A stretch of DNA of 41,385 nucleotides from Nitrospirales bacterium (GCA_045403215.1 JAXIOW010000111.1:1-41385), one strand, 5' to 3'; shown: positions 1 through 10,793, numbered from the stretch's first letter. Notes: generated from the letters alone by a model not told the origin. A program made the numbers and translations.

Positions 1-321
1 ACGGCCGTGATCGAGCGCTATGCGCCCGAAGCGGTGCGCGTGCGGGTGGAGACCCCGCAGCCGGCGGTCCTCATCCTGCTCGACGCTTTTGACAAGGGCT
101 GGACGGCCACGCTCGAGAATGGCGTCGCGCTCCCCATCATGCGGGCCAACGCGCTGGCCCGAGCGGTCGCCGTGCCGGCGGGCCTCCACACCGTCACGTT
201 CCGGTACGAGACCCCGCTGTTGTGGGCCGGGGCGGGCGCGTCCCTGGCGGGCTGTCTGCTCTGCCTGGCGATGCTCGCGCGCGCCCGCGGGGGGACCCGC
301 AAGAGCCAGCGCACGCCATGA
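1..321 (+). CDS. C-terminal fragment of a YfhO-like polytopic membrane protein (5' end lies outside the window)
   Basis: The frame is open from the window edge to TGA at 319-321. The last ~95 aa are highly similar to the C-terminus of the next ORF (IERYxPExVRVRVETPQPAVLILLDAFDxGWTATLENG...FRYETPLL), followed by a terminal hydrophobic helix. Confidence 0.6.
   Translation, partial: TAVIERYAPEAVRVRVETPQPAVLILLDAFDKGWTATLENGVALPIMRANALARAVAVPAGLHTVTFRYETPLLWAGAGASLAGCLLCLAMLARARGGTRKSQRTP
7..285 (+). repeat. Direct repeat copy 1 (3' end of the upstream YfhO-like paralog), paired with 2388-2666
   Basis: Nucleotide alignment by eye: gtgatcgagcgcta...ccgcagccggcgg...ggctggacgg...acgttccggtacgagac... 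is shared with the copy 2381 bp downstream. Confidence 0.8.
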
Positions 322-2699
322 GTCTCAGCACGCCCGAAGAAACGCCGCGCGCCGTGCGCCGGATCATGGCCCGCGGGGGGGCGCCGACTGGACTCGCGCT
401 GGCGGTGCTCTGCGTCCTCACGCTCGCCTTCTACCACAGACTCTGGCTGCCCGACTTGGTGCTGATTAAGCGCGATGCCTTTCTCTTCTACCTCCCGATC
501 AAACAGTACATGATGGAGCGGCTGGCGGCCGGCGCGCTGCCGCAATGGTTCCCGTATGAGGCGTTAGGCCGCCCGTTCATCGGCGTGACCGTCACGGGGG
601 TCTTCCATCCCTTCACCCTGCTCTATGTCTTCTTTTCGGCGCCCGACGCCTATCGCGCCTCCACGCTCCTGTCGTGTCTGCTGGCCGCGCTCGGGGCCTT
701 TGCGCTCGGACGGGTGCTGGCGTTCTCACGCACGGGCGCCCTCGTCGCCAGCATCTCGTTCACGCTCTCCGGTTATCTTGTGTCAGCCCTCGTCAATATC
801 GTCTACCTGTACTCATTGTGTGTGCTCCCGCTCTTCATCGCGGCCGTCGAGAAGACCCTCAGAGACGGCCGTGCCTGGGTGGTCGCGCCGGCGGTCATCT
901 GGGCGACTGTCTTTCTGAACGGTGACGCGCAGACAGGATACTACTACGGCTTTATGGCGCTGCTGTGGACAGCGGCACGCGCGGAAGGTTCCTATCGTGA
1001 AGCGGGACTCCGGTTGGTGCTTACCGGCGCTCTCGCAGCCCTGCTCGCCGCTATTCAGCTCGCGCCGGCGTGGGTGGTCTTTATGAACAGCACCCGCGCA
1101 CAGCCTGCCGAATTCCATGAGCAGGCTGTGCAGTGGTCGACCCATCCATTACGCTTGTTCACCATAGTGGCTTCCCCGATCACCGAGAAGGTTGATCCAG
1201 TGGTCGTGGCACGCGTCTTTCTCGGAAGTCCGAAGTGGGGCCTCTGGGCCGATAGCCTCTACCTCGGAGTTCCCGTGATCGGGCTGGCGTTCCTGGGAGC
1301 CTGGCAACGCCGCGACCTCCGAGTCCTGGCCCTGCTCGCCTGCGTGGCCCTGTTTCTGTCGCTCGGACGGTTCGGTGGTCTCTATGATGCCTTCTACCAT
1401 CTTGTGCCGCTGTGGTCGGCGTTCCGCTTCCCCGAGAAACTCATGGGCATCTTCTCCTTCGCGATGGCCATGCTCGCAGGGGCGGGGCTCGACGCGTTAC
1501 GGGCGGGAAAGGGGCGCCCTGCACCGTGGCTTGTCGGCGCAATCTTATGCGCGTGCGCCGGTCTCTTAATTCGCTCAGAAGCTATCAGCGCATGGACGGC
1601 TGCCGGCTTCGACGCACCACCTGCGCTGGCCCATGAGGTGACCGAGGCGACCGCGTACGCCTTCCTCTTCAGCGCAGTCGCCTCTCTCGGCATGTGGCTG
1701 GTCATTGCCGGAGCTGCAAAAGGATGGCTACGCGAAGCGCTTGTCCTCGCCACCCTTCCGGCAATCATCGCGCTCGACCTTGCGCATGCCAACATTGAGG
1801 TGTACTCCACAGCACCGGCCGAAGCGGCGTCGTTCGAACCTCCCCTCGCCCAGGCCCTGAGGGCGCGTGAAGGCACCTTGATGCCAGGCCGTTTCCGCCT
1901 GCTCTCAACCCTGGACTCGAAATACGTCGTCCCCAAACACATCTATCGCCTCCTGGGCTATCAGTCCGATGCGGTGGTGGGACGGCAGGCCCTCTATCCG
2001 GAGCACAATGCCCAGTTTCACGTCGAGGCGGTGGATGGGCATCTTCCCGGCTACAGCACGGCGCTCAACGCCATGCTGCCGAAGAAGACTGGGGTAGAGA
2101 TCACCGGACGTTTCAATGTGTCCTATTATATCGGTCACAGAAGTTCCCTCCAATCGCCGCAGTTTGCCGATTCGCTGGTGGCCGTCGTTCCCGATTATGA
2201 CCTCGCACTGTTCCGCAATCCTGTCCCCGCCAAACCGCGCGCCTATCTGTCGCGGCGACCGGAACGCGCAACCTCGCCGGTCGATCCCGTGGCACTGCGT
2301 CAGCGGCCCGATTTCCTGAGCGGAGACGTGGATGTGATCGAAACGACCGACGCGACCCTGCCGGGCTCCGCGCTCAGCGGCTCTGCCGTGATCGAGCGCT
2401 ACGTTCCCGAAGAGGTGCGGGTGCGGGTGGAAACCCCGCAGCCGGCGGTGCTCATCCTGCTGGACGCCTTCGATCAGGGCTGGACGGCTACGCTCGAGAA
2501 CGGCGCTGAGACGCCGATCCGACGCGCCAATGTCCTCGTTCGGGCGGTCGTCGTGCCGGCGGGCGTCCACACCATCACGTTCCGGTACGAGACGCCGTTG
2601 CTGCGCGTGGGCGCGGCGGCCTCCCTCGCAGGCATGCTGCTCTGCCTGGGCATGATCGTCCACGCGAGTTGGCGAAGGCACGCAAGGTCCGGAGTATGA
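318..2699 (+). CDS. YfhO-family / GT-C-like polytopic membrane protein (putative glycosyltransferase)
   Basis: The ATG at 318 overlaps the upstream stop (ATGA). The protein has many hydrophobic helices. The N-terminal region (LPQWFPYEALGRPFIG...GVFHPFTLLY) resembles the YfhO signature. A large C-terminal soluble domain is followed by a terminal TM helix. Confidence 0.6.
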   Translation: MSLSTPEETPRAVRRIMARGGAPTGLALAVLCVLTLAFYHRLWLPDLVLIKRDAFLFYLPIKQYMMERLAAGALPQWFPYEALGRPFIGVTVTGVFHPFTLLYVFFSAPDAYRASTLLSCLLAALGAFALGRVLAFSRTGALVASISFTLSGYLVSALVNIVYLYSLCVLPLFIAAVEKTLRDGRAWVVAPAVIWATVFLNGDAQTGYYYGFMALLWTAARAEGSYREAGLRLVLTGALAALLAAIQLAPAWVVFMNSTRAQPAEFHEQAVQWSTHPLRLFTIVASPITEKVDPVVVARVFLGSPKWGLWADSLYLGVPVIGLAFLGAWQRRDLRVLALLACVALFLSLGRFGGLYDAFYHLVPLWSAFRFPEKLMGIFSFAMAMLAGAGLDALRAGKGRPAPWLVGAILCACAGLLIRSEAISAWTAAGFDAPPALAHEVTEATAYAFLFSAVASLGMWLVIAGAAKGWLREALVLATLPAIIALDLAHANIEVYSTAPAEAASFEPPLAQALRAREGTLMPGRFRLLSTLDSKYVVPKHIYRLLGYQSDAVVGRQALYPEHNAQFHVEAVDGHLPGYSTALNAMLPKKTGVEITGRFNVSYYIGHRSSLQSPQFADSLVAVVPDYDLALFRNPVPAKPRAYLSRRPERATSPVDPVALRQRPDFLSGDVDVIETTDATLPGSALSGSAVIERYVPEEVRVRVETPQPAVLILLDAFDQGWTATLENGAETPIRRANVLVRAVVVPAGVHTITFRYETPLLRVGAAASLAGMLLCLGMIVHASWRRHARSGV
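2388..2666 (+). repeat. Direct repeat copy 2 (3' end of the downstream YfhO-like paralog)
   Basis: See 7-285. Long runs are identical at the nucleotide level. Confidence 0.8.
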
Positions 2700-3904
2700 G
2701 GAGCGTCATGTACCGCTCCCGCTTGGATGCCCTGGCCCGGCGCTCCCTCCTCCGGCGACTGCGCACGATCGACTCCGCACCCGGAGCCGAGGTTGAACTG
2801 GACGGACGCCGGATCCTTCTTTTCTCCTCCAATAATTACTTGGACCTCGCCACCCATCCGCGGGTGATCGAAGCCGCCATCAACGCCCTCCGCCGCTACG
2901 GCGTCGGAGCGGGGGCCTCGCGGCTGGTGTCCGGGAGTCTCCGCCCTCATCGGGAGCTTGAATCGCGCCTGGCAGCCTTCAAACGTGTCGAGGCCGCCCT
3001 GGTGTTCCCGACCGGATACCAGGCCAACCTGGGCCTGATCACCACGCTGGCGGAAGACTGCTCGGTCATCTACGCAGACCGGCTCTGCCACGCCAGCGTG
3101 ATTGACGCGTGCCGTCTCTGCGACGCCCCGCTGCGGGTGTATCGCCACCGGGACCATGCGCAGCTTGCGCGGCTCCTGCACCGTGGGCGGGCTCCCCGCC
3201 CCGCGCTGGTCGTCACGGACGGCGTGTTCAGCATGGACGGGGATCTGGCTCCGCTCCCAGAGCTCGACAAAATGGCGGAGCAGGCCGGCGCCACCGTGGT
3301 CGTGGACGACGCACACGGGACCGGCGTCATGGGCGCGACCGGTCGGGGGACGGTGGAGCACTTCGGGCTGGAGGGCCGGCCGCTCGTGCAGATGGGGACC
3401 CTCAGCAAGGCGTTGGGCGGGCTCGGCGGCTTCGTTGCGGGGTCTCGAGATCTGATTGAGTACCTGGTGAACCGGGCGCGCGCCTTCATCTACACGACAG
3501 CGCTCCCGCCCGCGCTGGCCGCGGCCGCCATCGCGGCGCTCGACGTGATCGAAGACGAACCGGAGCGACGCGAGCGGTTGTGGGCCCTCCGTCGCCGCCT
3601 GCACGACGGTGTCAGGCAGGCGGGCTTCGACACCCTGGACAGCCGCGCGCCGATCATTCCGCTTCTCATCGGAGACGCCGAGGCGGCGCTCCGCCTCTCC
3701 GAGGCCCTGCTGGCCCACGGCATTTACGCGCCGGCCATCCGCCCGCCGACGGTGCCCACCGGTACCAGTCGCATCCGCCTGAGCGTGACGGCCGGTCACA
3801 CGTCGGCACAGATTGATCACCTGCTGGAGGTGTTGCAGAAGGTCTGCGCGTTGGATGAGGGTCTGCGAGAGAGACTTAGAGCCGCCCCCCCACCGTCCCC
3901 TTGA
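2696..3904 (+). CDS. bioF: 8-amino-7-oxononanoate synthase (PLP-dependent alpha-oxoamine synthase)
   Basis: The ATG at 2696 overlaps the upstream stop (ATGA). Motifs seen: LLFSSNNYLDLATHP, GSGASRLVSG-like (GAGASRLVSGS), FPTGYQANLG, DDAHGTGVMG, TLSKALGGLGGF (PLP lysine) and PTVPTGTSRIRLSVTA. Confidence 0.9.
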   Translation: MRSVMYRSRLDALARRSLLRRLRTIDSAPGAEVELDGRRILLFSSNNYLDLATHPRVIEAAINALRRYGVGAGASRLVSGSLRPHRELESRLAAFKRVEAALVFPTGYQANLGLITTLAEDCSVIYADRLCHASVIDACRLCDAPLRVYRHRDHAQLARLLHRGRAPRPALVVTDGVFSMDGDLAPLPELDKMAEQAGATVVVDDAHGTGVMGATGRGTVEHFGLEGRPLVQMGTLSKALGGLGGFVAGSRDLIEYLVNRARAFIYTTALPPALAAAAIAALDVIEDEPERRERLWALRRRLHDGVRQAGFDTLDSRAPIIPLLIGDAEAALRLSEALLAHGIYAPAIRPPTVPTGTSRIRLSVTAGHTSAQIDHLLEVLQKVCALDEGLRERLRAAPPPSP

Positions 3905-4763
3905 GCGTATAGCTTTCCAGTTCCTCGCTCACGTAGGTCACCTCGCCGCGGGTCTCCAACACAGGAGGGGCTTCGATCTCCTCCACGTACTTCACCAGCC
4001 CGACGCCGCGGACGAACCAGCTTGTGATCCGGTCCCGGCTTGTGATGGCACGCCGATCCTTCGTCAAGGAGATCACGAGGGTCATCGAGGCATCGATCTG
4101 GACGGCATCGTTGAAGGTGCCGGCCGGCACCGTCACCGGCGTGTGCGCCACGACCCGGACGTCCGCGACGACGTCCGCCCGCTCGTGACGGCCGTCGCCG
4201 TCCAGGTCCGCCTGCATGTCCACGCCCCGCTTCTCGAGCTGCCGGAAGGTGCCGTTCATGACCAGGGGGAACGCCAGCACCCGGTAGGGAACCAGCTGCT
4301 GTTCAAACGGCGTGGTGGGCTGGCTGCCGTAATAGGTGATCCCCGTCTTGTCCCGGCGGAAGAACCCGTCGGTCAGCCCCTTGTTCCCCTGGTTGGTTTC
4401 CCGGAAGATCTTGACGGTTTCGCCTTTGAGGTTGGTCGTGCCGATGGCGGACACTTCGTTCGTAAAGGTCACCTCGGCGACCCGCTCGACCGCGTCCGTG
4501 CGGCTGCGGCCTCGATAGCGCCAGACGCTGCCGATCTCGTCCGGGAAATACTCCTCGGTGTTTTGAATCTCCTGGAGGACGGGATTGTTGCCGGCCGCAT
4601 CGAGCCCAGCCGAAGGCAGGACACATCCCGCGCTGACGACCAGCACTGCGATGAGGGCGTTCTGACGCACGGGACGGATCAACCTCTTGCTCTTTCTCTT
4701 GCCGGACCGGACGGTAGCGACCGACCCTGTTTGGCGTAAAGTAGCACAACCCATCCGCACCAT
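3876..4763 (-). CDS. Hypothetical lipoprotein (beta-rich, unknown function)
   Basis: The N-terminus has a basic n-region (KRKSKRLIRPVR), a hydrophobic stretch and a lipobox-like VVSAGC. The 3' end converges on and overlaps bioF by 29 nt. The start is ambiguous (ATG at 4763 or 4754, TTG at 4766). Confidence 0.55.
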   Translation of the reverse strand: MVRMGCATLRQTGSVATVRSGKRKSKRLIRPVRQNALIAVLVVSAGCVLPSAGLDAAGNNPVLQEIQNTEEYFPDEIGSVWRYRGRSRTDAVERVAEVTFTNEVSAIGTTNLKGETVKIFRETNQGNKGLTDGFFRRDKTGITYYGSQPTTPFEQQLVPYRVLAFPLVMNGTFRQLEKRGVDMQADLDGDGRHERADVVADVRVVAHTPVTVPAGTFNDAVQIDASMTLVISLTKDRRAITSRDRITSWFVRGVGLVKYVEEIEAPPVLETRGEVTYVSEELESYTLKGTVGGRL

Positions 4764-4779
4764 CAAGGCATGCCAGTCA

Positions 4780-4788
4780 TGTTATAAT
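4780..4788 (+). promoter_or_regulatory. Candidate extended -10 promoter (TGTTATAAT) for the SDR-bioD operon
   Basis: TGnTATAAT match at 4780-4788 in the 46-bp divergent intergenic region. The GAGGG SD lies 4 nt before GTG 4813. Confidence 0.35.
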
Positions 4789-4812
4789 CCCTCCCCACCT
4801 CGCGAGGGCTAC

Positions 4813-6293
<1,481 letters not shown>

Positions 6294-6307
6294 GGAGCTG
6301 TCGAAGA

Positions 6308-7129
6308 CTATTCCTCCTCGCGTCCGATCAGCTCCTTGATCTTCGCCCCGACGTCCTGGGCCGTCATGAGAGACTCGCCGACGAGGATGGCCCGGACGCC
6401 CGCCTCGGCCACCCGCTTCACGTCGTCCCGTGTGAAGATGCCGCTCTCGCTCACGATCAGCTTGTTCCCGGAAATGCGCTTGGCCAGCCGGAACGTCACA
6501 TCGAGTGTCGTCACGAACGTCGTCAGGTCGCGGTTGTTGATCCCGATGATCCGGGCTTCGGGAAGCCGTTCGAGCAGCAGGTCCAGCTCCCGCTCATGGT
6601 GCACCTCGAGCAGCACGTCCAGGCTGAACTCCTGCCGGGCCAGATGGTAGAAATCAACCAGTTGCACACGATCGAGCGCCGCCACGATCAACAGGACGGC
6701 ATCCGCCAGATGCGCCCGCGCCTCGTAGAACTGGAGCTCGTCCACCATGAACTCCTTGTTGAGCGCGGGCAGCGGCACCTTCTCGCGAATCGCGCGCAGG
6801 TCGTCGAGACTGCCCTGGAAAAATTCCCGGTCGGTCAGGACGGAGAGCGCAGCGGCCCCGTGCTCGTGATAGGTCTGGGCGATCGTGAGGGGGTCGAAGT
6901 TCTCGCAGAGAACCCCTTTGCTGGGCGAGGCTTTTTTGACTTCGGCGATCAGCCGCGGCATTTCCACCCGCTGAGCGCTGACTGTACGGGGCAGTCCGGC
7001 GAGGGCCTGGTAGAAGCCGACCGGCTTCGGCGCATCACGGATCTTCGCCTTCAGAGCGGCGAGATAGCGGGCGTTCTTCTTCTCTCTGATCTCCCGCCTC
7101 TTGTGCTCAAGTATTTTGTCGAGAATCAC
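6308..7129 (-). CDS. trpC: Indole-3-glycerol phosphate synthase
   Basis: Motifs seen: ILDKILEHKRREI, LIAEVKKASPSKG, LSVLTDREFFQGS, GINNRDL and SESGI. The start codon is GTG at 7129. Confidence 0.93.
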   Translation of the reverse strand: MILDKILEHKRREIREKKNARYLAALKAKIRDAPKPVGFYQALAGLPRTVSAQRVEMPRLIAEVKKASPSKGVLCENFDPLTIAQTYHEHGAAALSVLTDREFFQGSLDDLRAIREKVPLPALNKEFMVDELQFYEARAHLADAVLLIVAALDRVQLVDFYHLARQEFSLDVLLEVHHERELDLLLERLPEARIIGINNRDLTTFVTTLDVTFRLAKRISGNKLIVSESGIFTRDDVKRVAEAGVRAILVGESLMTAQDVGAKIKELIGREEE

Positions 7130-7145
7130 GGCTTCGCCCCGTTGC

Positions 7146-7232
7146 CCGTTAAACGTTAATCGTTATACGTTAATCGTGTTGGAGACTTAACTCATCTGCT
7201 ACCGTTTAACGTTTAACGAATAACGGTTAACG
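7146..7232. repeat. AT-rich palindromic element A built of 7-bp CGTTAWW tandem units (about 30-bp arms, 26-nt loop)
   Basis: The left arm is CGTTAAA CGTTAAT CGTTATA CGTTAAT CG (7147-7176). The right arm (7203-7232) has reverse complement CGTTAAC CGTTATT CGTTAAA CGTTAAA CG. About 26 of 30 positions are complementary. The right arm overlaps the trpD stop and its last codons. Confidence 0.75.
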
Positions 7233-8237
7233 ATTTGTCCATTTAACAAGGCGCTCCAGCTTGTCCATCGCCGCCCCGGACTGGATGATCGTCCGCGCCA
7301 GGGCCACCCCGTCCTGCAAGGTCGCCGCTTTCCCGCACGCGACCAGCGCCGGCGCGGCGTTGATGAGAACGAGCTGCTGGCGCGGGCCTTCGCGCCCGGA
7401 CAGGATGTCCCGGGTGATCCGCGCGTTCTCCTCCGCATCTCCTCCTTCCAAATCCTTGGCGCGCACCCGCTGCAGCCCGAAATCGCGGGGCTCGACCATG
7501 TAGCTGGTGAGCCGGCCCGCCTTGCCTTCGGAGACACGCGTCCGGTCCGCCAGCGTGATCTCGTCCAGCCCGTCCATGCCGTGGACCACGTAGCAGTGCC
7601 GCCCGCCCAGCCGCATCAGCACATTCGCCAGCAGGTCCGTGAGGGCCTCATGGTACACGCCGACGATCTGGATGGACGCCCCGGCGGGATTGGTCAGCGG
7701 CCCCAGTAGATTGAAGATCGTGCGGACGCCGATCTCCTGGCGCGGGCCCACGGCGTGTTTCATGGCGCCGTGAAACAGCGGAGCGAAGAGAAATCCAATG
7801 CCGATCTCGTTCACGCACTCTTCAGTCCGCTCGGGCGGGAGATCGAGGCGTACCCCCAGAGCCTTCAGCACGTCCGCGCTGCCCGAGCGCGAGGAGACCG
7901 CTCGGTTGCCGTGCTTGGCCACGGTGATCCCCGCGCCCGCCACCACGAACGCGACCGCGGTGGACACGTTGAAGGTCGCCCCCCCGTCTCCGCCCGTCCC
8001 GCATGTGTCCACGACAACCGGATCGGTCGCGCGGATGCGCACGGCCTTCGCCCGCATCGCCCGGGCGGAACCCGTGATCTCGTCCACCGTTTCTCCCTTC
8101 ATACGGAGCGCAGTGACGTAGGCCGCGATCTGCGCCGGCGTAGCCTGGCCCTCCATGATTTCGTGCATGGCGGCTTCGGCCTCGGCCTCCGTCAGGTCCA
8201 GCCGGTCCACGACTTTGGCGATGGCGTCTTTGATCAT
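7227..8237 (-). CDS. trpD: Anthranilate phosphoribosyltransferase
   Basis: Motifs seen: [62 protein letters not shown]-like. Confidence 0.95.
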   Translation of the reverse strand: MIKDAIAKVVDRLDLTEAEAEAAMHEIMEGQATPAQIAAYVTALRMKGETVDEITGSARAMRAKAVRIRATDPVVVDTCGTGGDGGATFNVSTAVAFVVAGAGITVAKHGNRAVSSRSGSADVLKALGVRLDLPPERTEECVNEIGIGFLFAPLFHGAMKHAVGPRQEIGVRTIFNLLGPLTNPAGASIQIVGVYHEALTDLLANVLMRLGGRHCYVVHGMDGLDEITLADRTRVSEGKAGRLTSYMVEPRDFGLQRVRAKDLEGGDAEENARITRDILSGREGPRQQLVLINAAPALVACGKAATLQDGVALARTIIQSGAAMDKLERLVKWTNR

Positions 8238-8247
8238 AGGTGGAAGA

Positions 8248-8811
<564 letters not shown>

Positions 8812-8814
8812 GAG

Positions 8815-8886
8815 CGTTAATCGTTATTCGTTAAACGTTAAACGTAGAAGATTCCTGGTTGCCGATTAACGATTAACGTATAACGG
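8815..8886. repeat. AT-rich palindromic element B (CGTTAWW heptamer units), same family as element A but in inverted orientation
   Basis: The left arm CGTTAAT CGTTATT CGTTAAA CGTTAAA CG (8815-8844) matches the reverse complement of the element A right arm at 29 of 30 positions. The reverse complement of the right arm is CCGTTATA CGTTAAT CGTTAAT CG (8863-8886). The 18-nt loop is unrelated to the element A loop. Confidence 0.75.
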
Positions 8887-8895
8887 TTTCCTCCC
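8887..8895 (-). promoter_or_regulatory. Orphan Shine-Dalgarno (GGGAGGAAA) directly after the trpE stop, separated from the trpG ATG by the element B hairpin
   Basis: The minus strand reads TAA-GGGAGGAAA-[hairpin 8886..8815]-CUC-AUG(trpG). No SD-like purine run occurs in the 15 nt preceding the trpG ATG. Confidence 0.4.
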
Positions 8896-10386
8896 TTAAT
8901 CCAGGCCGCGCTCGGCCATCTCCACGGCCCGCATCATGGCCTGGGCCTTGTTGCAGGTCTCGACGTACTCGGCCTCGGGGTCCGAATCCGCGACGATGCC
9001 GGCGCCCGCCTGGATGAAGGCCTGGCGCCCCTTGATCACCACGGTGCGGATGTTGATGCACGTGTCCATGTTGCCCGAAAACCCGAAGTACCCGACCGCG
9101 CCCGCGTACGGCCCCCGGCACGACGGCTCCAGTTCCTCGATGATCTCCATGGCGCGTATCTTCGGCGCGCCGGACACCGTGCCGGCCGGAAAGCACGCCC
9201 GCAGCACGTCATAGGCGTCCCGCCCGGGCGCCAGCCGGCCTTCCACCTGGGAGACCAGATGCATGACGTGCGAGTACTGCTCCACGACCATGAAGTCCTT
9301 GACGCGGACGGTGCCGGGCCGCGCCACCCGCCCCACGTCGTTGCGCCCCAGATCCACCAGCATCACGTGCTCGGCGCGCTCCTTGGCATTGGCCAGCAGC
9401 TCCTCCCGAAAGGCCCGGTCCTCCTCCTCCGTGGCCCCGCGCCGGCGAGTCCCGGCGATCGGCCGCAGCTGCACCAGGTCATCTTCGCATCGGACCAGCA
9501 CCTCCGGGGACGCGCCCACCAGCTCCACCTCGGGGAACCGGAGATAGTACATGTACGGCGAGGGGTTGATGACCCGCAGGGCCCGGTAGATGTCGAACGG
9601 CCGGGCCCGAATAGACGCCTGCCACCGTTGCGAGAGCACGCCCTGAAAGATGTCGCCAGCCTTGATGTACTCCTTCGTCTGCATCACCATCTTCTCGAAA
9701 TCTGTCTTGCTCATGTTGGAGGTGAAGGCAAGCGGCCGCCTGGGGGCGGGCTTCCGCGGGGCCGGCCGGCGGCCCGTGCGCAGCCGCACGGTCATCCCGT
9801 CGATCCGACGGACCGCATCGGCATAGGCCCTTTTGTAGTCTTGATCCCCGACGTGCGCGTTGGCGACGACCCGGATCGTCTGCGCCACGTTGTCGAAGAC
9901 CAACAGCGTGTCGGTGAGCAGGAAGCACATCAGCGGAAGCCCCAGCACGTCTTTGCGAAGTGACGGAAGCCGCTCGAACTGGCGGACGACGTCGTAGCTC
10001 AGATACCCCACCGCGCCCCCGCAGAACCGGGGCAGCCCGGGCACCTCGACCGGCCGGTACTCCGCCATGAGGTCGCGGAGGCAGTCCAGCACGTCGGTCT
10101 GCACAGGAATCCGGCGACGGCGGCGGCCGGCTGACAGCATCACTTCGTGGTCGTTGCCGTGCAACAGAATCGGCGAACCGCTCCCCAAAAACGAGTAGCG
10201 CGCCCACTTCTCGCCACCCTCGACACTCTCCAGCAGATAGGCGCACGGGCCGCAGTCGATCTTGGCGAGCGCCGAGACCGGCGTCTCGAAGTCGGCCAGG
10301 ACCTCGCGGGAAACCGGAATCAGGTTCCCCTGTTTGGCCAGCGCGCAAAACTCTTTGAAATCAGGGACGTAGCCGCCTGGATGCAT
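8896..10386 (-). CDS. trpE: Anthranilate synthase component I
   Basis: Chorismate-binding enzyme signature near the C-terminus: GTRRRG, LVDLGRNDVGRV, MHLVS, FPAGTVSGAPKIRAMEIIEELE, RGPYAGAVGYF. A LLESV motif is present near the N-terminus. Confidence 0.95.
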   Translation of the reverse strand: MHPGGYVPDFKEFCALAKQGNLIPVSREVLADFETPVSALAKIDCGPCAYLLESVEGGEKWARYSFLGSGSPILLHGNDHEVMLSAGRRRRRIPVQTDVLDCLRDLMAEYRPVEVPGLPRFCGGAVGYLSYDVVRQFERLPSLRKDVLGLPLMCFLLTDTLLVFDNVAQTIRVVANAHVGDQDYKRAYADAVRRIDGMTVRLRTGRRPAPRKPAPRRPLAFTSNMSKTDFEKMVMQTKEYIKAGDIFQGVLSQRWQASIRARPFDIYRALRVINPSPYMYYLRFPEVELVGASPEVLVRCEDDLVQLRPIAGTRRRGATEEEDRAFREELLANAKERAEHVMLVDLGRNDVGRVARPGTVRVKDFMVVEQYSHVMHLVSQVEGRLAPGRDAYDVLRACFPAGTVSGAPKIRAMEIIEELEPSCRGPYAGAVGYFGFSGNMDTCINIRTVVIKGRQAFIQAGAGIVADSDPEAEYVETCNKAQAMMRAVEMAERGLD

Positions 10387-10430
10387 GCGGCCACGGTATC
10401 ACAGGCTTCCTCGGCGAGTCTACCTACACC

Positions 10431-10793
10431 CTACCGTTCGTAGAAATCCTTTTCCGGAGCGTCGTCGAGGTCATCCGCTTCATGCCCGCTGGCGCTTTCG
10501 CCTTCCAGACGCTCCTCCAGATCGGCCACGCGGTTCCACACCGCTTCTACCTTCTCATCCAGCCGCGCCAGGCGGTCGGCGACCACCTTGTCCTGATCGC
10601 GCCGCGCCGCGCCCCCGTCGTGGCCCCCGCCCGGGCGCTGGCTGAGTACGGCCTTGATCGCCTCCACCTCGCGGGCGAGGCGCTTGACTTCCGCAGCCAG
10701 GTCGGCCGACCCGCCGGCAGGGACGGCTTTCGGTCGGGCCTGTCCTCCTTGGGGGGCTCCCTTCACGGCTTTGTGCTTCCCCCTGGCAGGCAT
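10431..10793 (-). CDS. Hypothetical protein with a basic N-terminus, coiled-coil core and acidic C-terminus
   Basis: Strong SD (GGAGGAAGGA) before the ATG at 10793. GC3-rich codons. Heptad-like segments (AAEVKRLAREVEAIKAV, RLARLDEKVEAVWNRVADLEERLE). No recognisable family. Confidence 0.5.
   Translation of the reverse strand: MPARGKHKAVKGAPQGGQARPKAVPAGGSADLAAEVKRLAREVEAIKAVLSQRPGGGHDGGAARRDQDKVVADRLARLDEKVEAVWNRVADLEERLEGESASGHEADDLDDAPEKDFYER

Noticed and set aside
4687-4812. ATG 4687 as the start of the SDR gene (290-aa version).
   Set aside because: The extension overlaps the divergent lipoprotein start and the TGTTATAAT promoter, and adds non-SDR sequence ahead of the Rossmann TGxxxGxG motif. 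GTG 4813 with the GAGGG SD gives a standard-length SDR.
10387-10430. trp leader peptide/attenuator or T-box upstream of trpE.
   Set aside because: The gap is 44 nt, with no ORF carrying tandem Trp codons and no alternative hairpins.
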